Origin: Candidatus Micrarchaeota archaeon
GTDB lineage: Archaea; Micrarchaeota; Micrarchaeia; Micrarchaeales; CABMGC01
Assembly: GCA_964501245.1 (NCBI GenBank)
Contig: CAZCSE010000001.1
Location: 27,020 to 91,019 of the forward strand
Direction of reading: 5' to 3'
DNA: 64,000 nt
A model generated the notes under the pieces. It was not told the origin of the DNA, made no database searches, and saw nothing but the letters and a program-made list of their open reading frames with translations. Position numbers and translations under genes: made by a program. Below are positions 9,105 through 18,194 of the stretch, piece after piece (position 1 is the stretch's first letter; each line of letters begins with the position of its first letter).

Positions 9105-9962
9105 TTATTTATTATTTTTATTTTTTTGATATAATAGATTTATTAGGAGTACTATACCTTGCATACTCGAGTGCGAATACCTGACATTGATGTTATTTAC
9201 CGTCTCTTTGTTATCTAAATCTAAGTATGTTATAATGCCTTCTTTTCGTAAATGGCGTATTATTTCCTTGCTTGCGTTATCTAAAGATTCTGCATTTGAC
9301 TTGTATTTTTTGTATCTTTCTATGAAGAGTTCTAAGGTTTGTTTTATATCCAGTTGCCTGAAGCTGCGATCAACGTATGCATCGCGTATAGCCATCTTTA
9401 TCGGCCGTTCTACAGGGAAGACATCGTTCAGCTTGTTGTAATCCCATCTCTTCGGTTTTCCGGTATCGTGGATAACATATAGCTCTTCTATCTTTATGTC
9501 TTTGACCTTGCCTAGTATTCTTGGAGTTTCATGAAGAAGACCCTTCCATTCCAATGAACCCTTCCTGAAGAGCCTGTACTGCTTCGTGTACAGGGTGCTG
9601 TTCCTGTTCCTCGGAGTCATCTCATGGCGCTGCAGCCTGTATATGTCTGCCGTTCCTGAGTCAAGGAGCGCTTTTGCCTTGCCTGTATCGCTGAATCTTT
9701 CATCTACATCCAGCATCGCTATATGGTCGTATCTGCAGAGGCTTACCCCATAGTGCCTGAATGGTTCGGGATAGCCGAGCCTTAGCGCATAGAATATCCT
9801 TATCCTTCTGTCCTTGTTCCTTGAAATGAAGCTCTTGAAGTCCTTATAGCTCTTTGAATAGATTATGACAACTTCATCAGTGAATTCAAGGAGGTGTTTT
9901 GCAGCTGCCAGAGTATCCTTTATCGGATCAGCCGAGAATATCAATCCAGATATCTTTGCCAT
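9105..9962 (-). CDS. putative glycosyltransferase (GT2-like, DxD)
   Basis: 285 aa. The N-terminal GT-A-like beta-alpha pattern and MLDVDERF (DxD-like) support the call. Convergent with the FkbM gene with zero gap. Confidence 0.45.
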   Translation of the reverse strand: MAKISGLIFSADPIKDTLAAAKHLLEFTDEVVIIYSKSYKDFKSFISRNKDRRIRIFYALRLGYPEPFRHYGVSLCRYDHIAMLDVDERFSDTGKAKALLDSGTADIYRLQRHEMTPRNRNSTLYTKQYRLFRKGSLEWKGLLHETPRILGKVKDIKIEELYVIHDTGKPKRWDYNKLNDVFPVERPIKMAIRDAYVDRSFRQLDIKQTLELFIERYKKYKSNAESLDNASKEIIRHLRKEGIITYLDLDNKETVNNINVRYSHSSMQGIVLLINLLYQKNKNNK

Positions 9963-10198
9963 AGTATGTCACTCTCTGTCCTTCCTATTTACATTGTCGA
10001 ACAAAAGATCACTATACTTAGAACATTCTCTGTTTGTTTTAATAGATTATCTTTCGGATGCGTTCCTTGCTGCTTCCTTTGCCCGGAATCTTATCACTTG
10101 CTTCGGCCTCTTTAGGCATCCGTGATATCTTCTAGTATATTTATATGTTTCTTATTTTATCGAAACATATATTAATCTGTTTTATCTATTATAGAAAC

Positions 10199-10804
10199 AT
10201 GAACAGGAAGGAGAGTATATACAGGAGCATAGCATGCAGTTACATAGATGGCAGGAACAGCTTCACGCAGCTTGGATTATCTAAAGAGCTCGGAGTATCG
10301 ATAAGCACGGTCAATTCAGCAGTAAGGGATCTGGCAAAGGTCAATGCGGTTAGGATAGGCATGCGCTCATTCAGCATCTCTGCAATAGACAGGGTAATGC
10401 TTTACTGGGCGTCTCACAGGAACCTGGATAAGGACATAATATACAGTACCAGAGTGGATGAGCGTGTCAAGGAGATAGAGGCAGGAATGCCCGAAGGAAT
10501 AGCGTTTACAGCGTATACTGCATATGTGCTACATTACAGGGATGCGCCTGCGGATTACAGCGAGGTTTACCTGTATGCAGTAGAAGGGGCAGTAGAGGAG
10601 ATAAAGGCAAGGTTCAAGGAGAATAAAGGTATTCCGAATCTCTTTGTCCTAAAAGCTGATCCTGATCTTGAAAGAAGGATAATTGATAATGGGATCATGC
10701 ATTCTTCGGTATGTCCGGCCCAGGCGTTTGTCGACTTATGGAACATTAAGAGCTGGTATGCTAAGGAGTATTCGGATGCGATTCTGAAGAGGATAGGTGT
10801 CTGA
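10199..10804 (+). CDS. wHTH regulator/antitoxin-like protein paired with an NTase
   Basis: The ORF track starts at 10145, but the first 18 codons are hydrophobic junk in AT-rich sequence. The ATG at 10199 (MNRKESIY) is more plausible. HTH-like segment: FTQLGLSKELGVSISTVNSAVRDL. The stop abuts the next start. Confidence 0.5.
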   Translation: MNRKESIYRSIACSYIDGRNSFTQLGLSKELGVSISTVNSAVRDLAKVNAVRIGMRSFSISAIDRVMLYWASHRNLDKDIIYSTRVDERVKEIEAGMPEGIAFTAYTAYVLHYRDAPADYSEVYLYAVEGAVEEIKARFKENKGIPNLFVLKADPDLERRIIDNGIMHSSVCPAQAFVDLWNIKSWYAKEYSDAILKRIGV

Positions 10805-11431
10805 ATGGAGTTCTGGAATAGCGATATAACAGAGGAGAGCTGGAATAAGCTGCAGGAGATGCGAAAACGCTTTGATTTTATACTTATAGGAGGATGGGCG
10901 ATATATGTCTATACGAAAATGCACAAGTCCAAGGATATTGATATAATAGTTGATTATGATGTACTCAGAAGCTTGGGCAGTCTTGGGAAGGTTCAGAAGA
11001 ATGACAGATTACATAAGTATGAGATAAAGTCGGAACGTTTTGATATTGATGTCTATCTTCCCGGCTATTCGAAACTTGCACTTCCTCCAGAAGAGATATT
11101 TAAGGATTTGAACAGGAGGGTAGAAGGATTCCGCGTACCTACTCCAGAGGCACTGATGGTGCTTAAACTGGGAGCTGCAAAGGAGCGGCTGAAGAGCATA
11201 AAGGGAGAGAAGGATGCTATCGACATATTATCCATGCTCTTCTTCTCTGATTTCAACCCCGAGCTCTTCAAGAAGATTGTTGAAAAGAATAGAGGTAATG
11301 AGTATGTACGCCTGCTCCTGAGCATCCTGAGATCTGCAGACAGAAGGGAGATAAGTTATCTAAATCTGAATGAGAAGACCTTCTCAGGCCTGAAGAAGAG
11401 GTGGGAGATGGAGCTGTTGAGGATACTCTGA
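10805..11431 (+). CDS. minimal nucleotidyltransferase-fold protein
   Basis: 208 aa. FILIGGWAIYVYTKMHKSKDIDIIV is the GG-x(13)-DID NTase signature. Zero-nt gap to the upstream wHTH gene. Confidence 0.55.
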   Translation: MEFWNSDITEESWNKLQEMRKRFDFILIGGWAIYVYTKMHKSKDIDIIVDYDVLRSLGSLGKVQKNDRLHKYEIKSERFDIDVYLPGYSKLALPPEEIFKDLNRRVEGFRVPTPEALMVLKLGAAKERLKSIKGEKDAIDILSMLFFSDFNPELFKKIVEKNRGNEYVRLLLSILRSADRREISYLNLNEKTFSGLKKRWEMELLRIL

Positions 11432-11512
11432 GATACATGCGATACTTATCCTCAAGGGCTTCCGCAGTTTATAAGATGCCTTGCACTCCTTCTGTATAGA
11501 TTCTCAGGAGCA

Positions 11513-11583
11513 TTATCTTTTTTTGACAGAAGGTCCTGTGGCTTTGGCAGGTGTTATCTTTTTTGACAGAAGGCTCTGGGCTG
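11513..11583. repeat. two ~30-nt imperfect direct repeats containing oligo-T runs (terminator-like) in a convergent intergenic region
   Basis: ttatctttttttgacagaaggtcctgtggct (about 11513-11543) and ttatcttttttgacagaaggctctgggct (about 11555-11583). Confidence 0.6.
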
Positions 11584-11606
11584 CAAGTGAATGGCCAGGC
11601 TTCAGT

Positions 11607-12515
11607 TTAATAGTTATTCTTCAATGAGTCTTTCGCAGCCAGCTCAATCGCTTTGCGCGATGAGTACATAGGCTTCCATCCGAGCTTCCTTGCCCTCTTT
11701 ATGCTTAGGAGCATCTTCCTCACATCTCCTGCCCAGCCCCTTCCATTCATCTTATTTATATACACGTATTCAGGATTAAGGCCTGCCTCATGCGATACTA
11801 TATCAGCTATCTCTTTGACGCTCACCGTATCACTGCTCCCAACGTTGAAGCACTCGTTCTTCTTCAGCTTTGAGGCATGGACAAGAGCAGAAACAGCATC
11901 TGAATAGTAGATGTAGCTCTTTGACTGCCTGCCATCGCCAAGTATCTCAAGCCTCTTCGGGTTCTTCTTCAACTTCAGCGTAAAGTCATGCACTATCCCG
12001 TGCTCGCTCCTTCCCCCTGTTACATTTGCAAAGCGCAGTATTGCATAATCTATGCCATATAGTTCAGAATAATGCTCTATTATCATCTCGCAGAAGAGCT
12101 TGAAGATGCCATAATTAGATATCGGCTTCAGTGGGGCGCTTTCAGGCGTAGGTACTGTAGGGCTCTCCCCATAGACAACTGAAGAAGAGGAGAAGATTAC
12201 CTTTGATGCATCATGCTTCCTTGCAAGCTCCATGAGGTTTATTGTGGTGAGGACGTCTGATCTGAAGTGCTCTACAGTGTCTACCGCAGAGGATTTGACA
12301 TCAGGGTTCGCTGCAAGATGGTATATGACCGATCCTCTGCCTAATCTTATGTCAGTACTCAGGCGCAGGTCCCTCTTGAAGAACTTTGCCTTCTTGTTCA
12401 GGTGCCTTCCTGTTGAGAGATTATCTATTATTACGGTATCTGCTCCGCTCTCAGTAAGATAATCGGTGAGATGGCTGCCTATGAACCCAGCTCCGCCTGT
12501 GACTATTTGCTGCAT
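11607..12515 (-). CDS. UDP-glucose 4-epimerase-like NAD-dependent epimerase
   Basis: 302 aa. IVTGGAGFIGSHLTDYL and YGIFKLF (YxxxK). Confidence 0.8.
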   Translation of the reverse strand: MQQIVTGGAGFIGSHLTDYLTESGADTVIIDNLSTGRHLNKKAKFFKRDLRLSTDIRLGRGSVIYHLAANPDVKSSAVDTVEHFRSDVLTTINLMELARKHDASKVIFSSSSVVYGESPTVPTPESAPLKPISNYGIFKLFCEMIIEHYSELYGIDYAILRFANVTGGRSEHGIVHDFTLKLKKNPKRLEILGDGRQSKSYIYYSDAVSALVHASKLKKNECFNVGSSDTVSVKEIADIVSHEAGLNPEYVYINKMNGRGWAGDVRKMLLSIKRARKLGWKPMYSSRKAIELAAKDSLKNNY

Positions 12516-12563
12516 TATACCATGAAGGAGTTGGCTTTAATGTATAATAATCTTTTCTGACAT

Positions 12564-13319
12564 ATGCTCAACATGAGAATTGATGGAAACACGGTACTGA
12601 TAACAGGAGGCTCGTCAGGGATAGGGTTTGCGCTGGCAGAGAGGTTCGTAAAGCTCGGCAATATAGTGATAATATGCGGGAGGAGGGAGGAGAGGCTTAA
12701 GGAGGCAAAGGAGAAGGTACCTGGCCTGAACACCTTCAGGTGCGATCTCTCAAAGGATAATGAGAGGAAGGAGCTTGCAAGGTTCATTGAGAAGGACTTC
12801 CCTGAAATAAACATGCTTGTGAACAATGCAGGGATACAGCTGAAGGTGGATATGAAGAAGGGCATCGGAGAGCTCTCTGATAACGATGAGATTGAGATAA
12901 ACCTGAAGGCAGGCATATTCCTGACCGCAGAGCTTATGCCCCTGCTTTCCGGTAAGAAAGATGCTGCAATAATGAATGTTACTTCGGGGCTTGGGATAGT
13001 GCCCAGGGCGATGTATCCAGTATATTGCGCTACCAAGGCAGGCATGCGCTCCTTCACAAGGTCGCTTAGGTTCCAGCTGAAGGATACCGGGATAAAGGTC
13101 TTTGAGATAATACCCCCTCTGGTGCATGATACAGAACTGCACTATGGGAAGCAGCTTGAAAGAAGCGAGAACAGCGTCTCAACTTCCGAACTGGCAGATG
13201 CTGTGATAGAAGGGCTTAAGGAAGATAGGTATGAGATTGCAGCCGGGCCTGCGAGGAACTGGCTCAGCATGTCTAAGAATCAGCAACTGGACGGCATGTT
13301 CGAGAACATGAACAGATAG
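12564..13319 (+). CDS. short-chain dehydrogenase/reductase (classical SDR)
   Basis: 251 aa. VLITGGSSGIGFALA, NNAG and YCATKAG motifs. The antisense ORF 12515..13057 is rejected. Confidence 0.85.
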   Translation: MLNMRIDGNTVLITGGSSGIGFALAERFVKLGNIVIICGRREERLKEAKEKVPGLNTFRCDLSKDNERKELARFIEKDFPEINMLVNNAGIQLKVDMKKGIGELSDNDEIEINLKAGIFLTAELMPLLSGKKDAAIMNVTSGLGIVPRAMYPVYCATKAGMRSFTRSLRFQLKDTGIKVFEIIPPLVHDTELHYGKQLERSENSVSTSELADAVIEGLKEDRYEIAAGPARNWLSMSKNQQLDGMFENMNR

Positions 13320-13322
13320 AGC

Positions 13323-13598
13323 TCATTCCAGCCTTTTGATTATGTGATAGCCGAACTGCGTCTTCACTATCCCTGATACCTGGCCCCTTTCCAGAGCAAA
13401 GGCTGCTGTCTCGAACTGCTTTACCATTATTCCCCTGCCGAAGAAGCCGAGGTCTCCGCCATGCTTCCTTGATCCGTCTATGGAGTTCTCCTCAGCAAGC
13501 TTTGAGAAGGATTCTCCCTTGTTTATCCTCTCGAGTATAGCTTTTGCATCCGATTCCTTTGCAACTAGTATGTGTGCGCATCTTATCTGGTTTGCCAT
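13323..13598 (-). CDS. parvulin-type peptidyl-prolyl isomerase
   Basis: The AHILV ... GGDLGFFGRGIMVKQFE ... FGYHIIKRLE motifs match the PpiC/parvulin pattern. I prefer the internal ATG (M12 of the track ORF), which avoids overlap with the upstream gene. Confidence 0.8.
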   Translation of the reverse strand: MANQIRCAHILVAKESDAKAILERINKGESFSKLAEENSIDGSRKHGGDLGFFGRGIMVKQFETAAFALERGQVSGIVKTQFGYHIIKRLE

Positions 13599-13611
13599 AA
13601 AATCACTTGTT

Positions 13612-14316
13612 TCAATTGCTCTTGAATACAACAGTAACCTGCTCTGTCACAGACTGAGTGCCTGCGAAGAATGATGGAGTGCGTGAAGGGACCGTAGCTG
13701 CTGAGAAGCCCACTCCGGAATATAATGGATAGATGTATGATGATGAGGAGCTTATGTTTACAGGAGTTACCGAGCTGTTTGCAGCAAGGAGCTCTGCCTG
13801 TGAAGTGGCGTTTGCCATTGCAGCTGAGAGGGCCTTGCTGATAAGGGAGCTCGTCTGGCTGTCTGAGAGCTTTGCAGATGCGCCGTTTATCGATATGCCA
13901 TTTATAGAAGCTACTGAGCCGAGTATCGAGCTCACGTTTGATTCCGAAGTTGTCACCATGAACTCCTCTGTTGCAGAGTACATGCTCGAATTTGTTATCC
14001 TTGAAAGCGAGTAGTATATGGTGCTTATGTCTGATGAATTGGCATACTTAAGAAGCGTATAATTGAGCTTTGATGCGCTTAATGAGAGATTGCTTGTGGC
14101 TATTGAAGCCGTCTGGCCCGTACCGTTGAGTGTAAGGTACACTATCCCTTCTGAAGGATAGCCCGATGCCGTTCCCGTAGCCCTTACCACTATCATCTTC
14201 TGCTGCGAACTTCCCTGGAAGCCGTTGGGGAATAGCACCATTGTGGCTATTATCCCTGCAAACAGTATCACTACCAATACTGCAAAGAGATACATGCCTA
14301 TGCCATCAGTTCTCAT
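13612..14316 (-). CDS. membrane-anchored exported Ser/Thr-rich protein, possibly SIMPL/DUF541-like
   Basis: 234 aa. N-terminal TM segment (LFAVLVVILFAGIIATMVLF). Many N-x-S/T sequons. The start (IVVRATGTASGYPSEG) and end (VTEQVTVVFKSN) resemble SIMPL-domain termini. Confidence 0.45.
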   Translation of the reverse strand: MRTDGIGMYLFAVLVVILFAGIIATMVLFPNGFQGSSQQKMIVVRATGTASGYPSEGIVYLTLNGTGQTASIATSNLSLSASKLNYTLLKYANSSDISTIYYSLSRITNSSMYSATEEFMVTTSESNVSSILGSVASINGISINGASAKLSDSQTSSLISKALSAAMANATSQAELLAANSSVTPVNISSSSSYIYPLYSGVGFSAATVPSRTPSFFAGTQSVTEQVTVVFKSN

Positions 14317-14389
14317 ATAATCGCCAGTGGTTATAACATGAAAAGACAGGATTATAAACTGCTATGAAGAAATTAGGTTTAATGATCTG

Positions 14390-14764
14390 ATGTCAAAGCA
14401 GGCCCTTAGAGTAAGACCATCTCTCGCATCATACATGATGCTCATAGGCAGCGTGCTGATTTTCATTGAAGGACTTCTTTCTATAATAGCCCATTCTTTG
14501 ATAGCCCCTGTATTGTCCATTCTCTCTTCTGCTCTAGGTCTTCCTTATTTCGGAGTTTCTTCGAGCGTCCTTGGAATGCTCTTTGCAATAGGGATAGCAT
14601 TCTGCGCCATAAGGACAAATGTGAAGGAACCATGGGAGGTAAGGAGATGGTCGACCTTCGGAGTCGTATTGGCAATACTCAGCCTGGTAGATTTCGGAGG
14701 GTTCGGCATAGGCTTTGTCCTTGCATTTGCAGGAAGCATAATGGCGCTCACATACAACAGCTGA
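14390..14764 (+). CDS. small integral membrane protein
   Basis: 124 aa with about 4 hydrophobic helices. No family recognised. Confidence 0.45.
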   Translation: MSKQALRVRPSLASYMMLIGSVLIFIEGLLSIIAHSLIAPVLSILSSALGLPYFGVSSSVLGMLFAIGIAFCAIRTNVKEPWEVRRWSTFGVVLAILSLVDFGGFGIGFVLAFAGSIMALTYNS

Positions 14765-14781
14765 TAGATAACAGGTATCTG

Positions 14782-15150
14782 CTATTTTATTATGCGGACA
14801 AGATTACTCTGCAGACTTCCGAATGCCTTATCCTGAGTTATTAGCATTTCATCATTTGCGACACATACGCCGAAGATGAGCAGATCGCTATCGCTCATCG
14901 TGATTCCCCTGGATCTTAGCTTGTGATATGCATCTGCAGCAGCTTTCAGTGCCTCATCGTCAGATTGATAGACTAGAAGGTTCTTGATAGCTGCCTGAAT
15001 GGTGTCTGATCTTTTGTATTTTAGCAACTCATATTTATTTACAAAGGTAGTGGCTATCTCGTCTTTAGGGAAGCTCTCCAATACCGCGACTACCTTTTCC
15101 TTGCCTTCTAAGAAGTCTATTATTACATTTGTATCTATGATTACCATCAT
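14782..15150 (-). CDS. vapC: PIN-domain ribonuclease toxin
   Basis: 122 aa. IIDTNVIIDF (first acidic residue), YEL, DSDLLI and TQDKAF motifs. 4-nt overlap with the upstream antitoxin. Confidence 0.75.
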   Translation of the reverse strand: MMVIIDTNVIIDFLEGKEKVVAVLESFPKDEIATTFVNKYELLKYKRSDTIQAAIKNLLVYQSDDEALKAAADAYHKLRSRGITMSDSDLLIFGVCVANDEMLITQDKAFGSLQSNLVRIIK

Positions 15151-15371
15151 ATCTTCTCGGTATTCCTGTTACGGTCTTTCTGTATCTGCTTTTTGAACTG
15201 ATCAAGCTCCGCAGATTCTGATTTCAACGATCCTGCAAACCTGAGAAAGTCTCGTTTCTGTTTGGATTCTGCGACTAGCTTCAGTATAAGTTTAGAAAAG
15301 GAAGTTCCACTATCCTTCATCTTTGAAAGCGTCTCATAAGCCTCTTCTGAAAGAGATACCATTTTTGTCAT
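15147..15371 (-). CDS. vapB: VapB-like antitoxin (archaeal SxEAYxxL family)
   Basis: 74 aa. VSLSEEAYETLSKMKDSGTSFSKLILKL. Paralogous to 37994..38224 and 21597..21824. Confidence 0.6.
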   Translation of the reverse strand: MTKMVSLSEEAYETLSKMKDSGTSFSKLILKLVAESKQKRDFLRFAGSLKSESAELDQFKKQIQKDRNRNTEKI

Positions 15372-15378
15372 AATACCA

Positions 15379-15392
15379 TATACTATAGTATA
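15379..15392. promoter_or_regulatory. perfect 14-bp palindrome TATACTATAGTATA just upstream of vapB (putative operator/promoter)
   Basis: Read directly from the sequence. Lies 8-21 nt upstream of the vapB start in AT-rich TATA-like sequence. Confidence 0.35.
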
Positions 15393-15666
15393 CTATACAT
15401 ATATTAATGTTTTGACAATCGGAGATTTTGGCATCCGATATTGCAGGGTTTGATGCGCTGCTAGGCACGCTTGTACAATACAGATAGTATTAAATTCCAG
15501 GACTGCATCATACTTAACGGAGTTTCATGATAATAAGCAAGGTAATTATAGCAGAGATTGTAACCGCACTGATAGCTGCAGGCATAGCAAAGCATGAGAT
15601 TGAAGCGCTTAAAGGGATAAAAAGAAAATAAGTTTTTAAGGAGAAACCCTCTCGCTTATCCTCGGA

Positions 15667-16605
15667 TCATATTGCAATTCCGTATGATCGCAGTATTATT
15701 CCAAGTATTATTGTTACAAATGCTGCCCCTAACGATATTGTCAGCATCTCAAGGATCCTTCTCTTTATGCTGGTCTTCGATACTATCCCTATTACTGCAG
15801 ATGCCAGCACCAAGACAATAGAGACTATTATTATCGCAGCGAGTATTCCTGCAAAGCCGCTCAGCCCTGCAGCGAAGGGAACTACAGATGACAGAGAGCC
15901 AAGGAAATAGAATATGCCAGTGTATGCAGCGTCCTTGAATGGGCTGTTTGTTGTCGAGGTTCCTTTCTTCTCCTCTTCAACAAGATTGTATGATTTTGAA
16001 GATAGATAGGCACCTCCTGCCATTGAAAGGGTGCCTGATATGCCGACTATTATGCCGCCGATCACCACTACGAACGGAGAGGTGGCGACGACTGCAAGGC
16101 CTGCGACTACCGCAAGTATCTCAACAAGGCCGTCGTTTAGTCCGAAGACGATTGACTTTATGTAGTCAAAGTGCTCGGAATAGTCATTCAGGTTGTCCTG
16201 AAGCTCCTGCTCCCCGGCTTCTTCATCCTTTATTATTGTCTTAAGCTTGTCTGTGCTCCTCTTCTCCTTTATCTGGCTAAGGGCAGCTATATACTCCTTT
16301 ATTGTCTGGTCCTCCTCGCGCTCTATAACAGCTATGCCGAAAGGGACGCCGAAGATAGCGGATATGAACCTGTAGAAAGCAAGCTTCATCCATAGGAAGT
16401 GGCTTCGCCTTGGCTTTACCCCTTCATCCTTTAGTATCTCCCTCAGAAGCTCCTCGTGCTTCTTCTCCTCTGCAGTAAGCTTGTTAAGGAAGCGCTTGTG
16501 CTTCGGATGGTCCTCCTCCTTTGCAAGGTGGGAGTACATTATCGCATGCATGCGCTCCGTCTCAAGGAACTTCTCAAGCTTCTTTATGTTCTTCCTGCTT
16601 GTCAT
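15667..16605 (-). CDS. ferritin-like domain fused to VIT1/CCC1 iron/manganese transporter
   Basis: 312 aa. N-terminal ferritin/rubrerythrin-like helices (ERMHAIMYSHLA ... EEKKHEELL). C-terminal VIT1 signature GLNDGLVEILAVVAGLA plus TM helices. Confidence 0.8.
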   Translation of the reverse strand: MTSRKNIKKLEKFLETERMHAIMYSHLAKEEDHPKHKRFLNKLTAEEKKHEELLREILKDEGVKPRRSHFLWMKLAFYRFISAIFGVPFGIAVIEREEDQTIKEYIAALSQIKEKRSTDKLKTIIKDEEAGEQELQDNLNDYSEHFDYIKSIVFGLNDGLVEILAVVAGLAVVATSPFVVVIGGIIVGISGTLSMAGGAYLSSKSYNLVEEEKKGTSTTNSPFKDAAYTGIFYFLGSLSSVVPFAAGLSGFAGILAAIIIVSIVLVLASAVIGIVSKTSIKRRILEMLTISLGAAFVTIILGIILRSYGIAI

Positions 16606-16626
16606 GGATTAACACTGATTTTTATT

Positions 16627-17220
16627 ATGAATATGCTAAGTTTAATAGGCATTATGTTAGGCAGAATATTTGCGAAAGAGCATGAGAAGGTATCAGGGAG
16701 CGAGAGCTACAAACATGTGGAGCCGCTGATAAGAAAAGGGAGCACAGTATGCATAGTCTCGCCTTACATTGACGAGTATTATGCAAGGTTCCTCTCAAGG
16801 AACTCTTCGGGAAAACAAATCCACATCATAAGCTCCTCTATGGACAAGGAAGCGATAAGGATACTTGGGAAGAGATTCTCAGCAGTGCGCTTCCTTCTTG
16901 CAATCCTGCTCTCTGCTGTTGAACTCTATCTGGGAATTCTTTACAGCCTTTACGCATATGCGCTGATTGCAGTTGCACTTACACTTATAGCAGGATACTT
17001 CGCATCGATAACAGGGAACAGGAACATCTCGCTGGTAATGCCAAAGAGGTTTGTGCATGCAAAGATGTACATCTCTGAGAATGAAGCGATCTCGGGCTCT
17101 GCAAACCTCACATACAGGGGCATGCACAGGAATGTCGAGATGCTAGAGATAATGCACGATAAGGAATCTATAGAGAGCATGAGCAGTACATTCTGGAAGA
17201 TGTGGAAGGAGTACTCCTGA
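16627..17220 (+). CDS. single-HKD phospholipase D/nuclease-like protein with internal TM hairpin
   Basis: HKD motif HAKMYISENEAISGSANLT. A hydrophobic stretch (FLLAILLSAVELYLGILYSLYAYALIAVALTLIAGYF) sits between the N-terminal half and the HKD motif. The track ORF start at 16456 overlaps the VIT1 gene, so the ATG at 16627 is preferred. Confidence 0.6.
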   Translation: MNMLSLIGIMLGRIFAKEHEKVSGSESYKHVEPLIRKGSTVCIVSPYIDEYYARFLSRNSSGKQIHIISSSMDKEAIRILGKRFSAVRFLLAILLSAVELYLGILYSLYAYALIAVALTLIAGYFASITGNRNISLVMPKRFVHAKMYISENEAISGSANLTYRGMHRNVEMLEIMHDKESIESMSSTFWKMWKEYS

Positions 17221-17292
17221 ATAGGTTAGGTTATGCATAGATTCCAATTGCGTTGTAATCTTGTTGCGATCGCAAGCTCCTCGAAGTTGATA

Positions 17293-18033
17293 TCATGCTG
17301 CATTCTTCCACCTTATGACTCCAAGATCGTCAAAAATGTTCCATTTGTCTGAGTAGTTCTCAGCAACATGCTTGAAGAAGAATGATGTCCGGTAGCCCTT
17401 CATGCTCATGTCATGGAGCGTCTTGGTGAACCATGATGGGGCTATCCCATCGGTAGCGTACCCTATCCGTCTTATGGTCGTAAGGCTCGAATCCCTTGAG
17501 TAATAGAGCAGCTCTCTCCACTCCTCTCTTTTCATGGGCCTGATGTTTATTGCACGATACATGTCAAAATAATCTGCATACCTTGGCTTGTCAAGCATGT
17601 CGAATATAGTCTTTGCATACGTAGATACTTTGACCTGCTTCCCCATAACATCTATGAAGATGGTTCCGTACTGCATCTCGCGCATGTCCACCGTCTTTAT
17701 GATGTTGCCCAATATTCTTACGGCTTTTGCATGGTGCGAGGAGGTGCATAGGTATATAGTAGGCTCCACCTCTGTCTTTAGGCCGTGAAGGTACAACGCT
17801 GATGAGAAACCTATGTATCCGCCGTATAATTTGTATGCTATGTAAAAGACGTTTCCCGTTTTTGAATAGACTCCGTTTATTACCTTGACCAGCTTCTTGT
17901 CCTTCAATAGTCTTGATATCGCATAGGAGAGCCTTCTTCTTGTAAGGCTCCTTCCCGAGAGCTTCAGCATCTCCTCTAACCTGAAGACCTCCGGCAGTAT
18001 CTCTGTGTTGATATTTTTAATCATTTTATACAC
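17293..18033 (-). CDS. AbiEi-like wHTH protein (orphan, no adjacent AbiEii)
   Basis: 246 aa. Collinear with 24663..25280 (wHTH; GxY; GYIGFSSALYLHG vs SYVSMFAAFQYYS; KTIFDML vs KAIIDSL). Confidence 0.5.
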   Translation of the reverse strand: MYKMIKNINTEILPEVFRLEEMLKLSGRSLTRRRLSYAISRLLKDKKLVKVINGVYSKTGNVFYIAYKLYGGYIGFSSALYLHGLKTEVEPTIYLCTSSHHAKAVRILGNIIKTVDMREMQYGTIFIDVMGKQVKVSTYAKTIFDMLDKPRYADYFDMYRAINIRPMKREEWRELLYYSRDSSLTTIRRIGYATDGIAPSWFTKTLHDMSMKGYRTSFFFKHVAENYSDKWNIFDDLGVIRWKNAA

Positions 18034-18194
18034 TATTTGTATAATTTATAATTATAAATCAACAGATATAGAATAGTTTCTTTTAAGCAATTCATTTTAG
18101 ACAGTAGTAAACGCCAAGATTATGTCTCGGACTTTGTTCCAGTATAACCTCTTCAGTTTACTTCAATCATGTCTGCTATTCCATGATAAAGTAT

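Noticed and set aside
10163-10176. Exact 14-mer GAAACATATATTAA shared between the 10.16-kb and 54.32-kb promoter regions
   Set aside because: In an AT-rich 64-kb window, several exact 14-mer coincidences are expected by chance (order-of-magnitude estimate). No extended similarity exists around the match.
12515-13057. 180-aa minus-strand ORF overlapping the SDR gene
   Set aside because: The plus-strand frame carries clear SDR motifs (TGGSSGIG, NNAG, YxxxK). The minus-frame product is Ser/Phe/Leu-rich with no motifs, so it is a typical antisense shadow.
16456-16626. N-terminal 57-codon extension of the PLD-like ORF in the track (similar extensions at 10145, 23029, 35270, 44352, 49777, 58143, 62183 and 32690)
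   Set aside because: The extensions overlap neighbouring genes or AT-rich spacers and encode hydrophobic junk. Internal ATGs placed just after the neighbouring stop give sensible N-termini.
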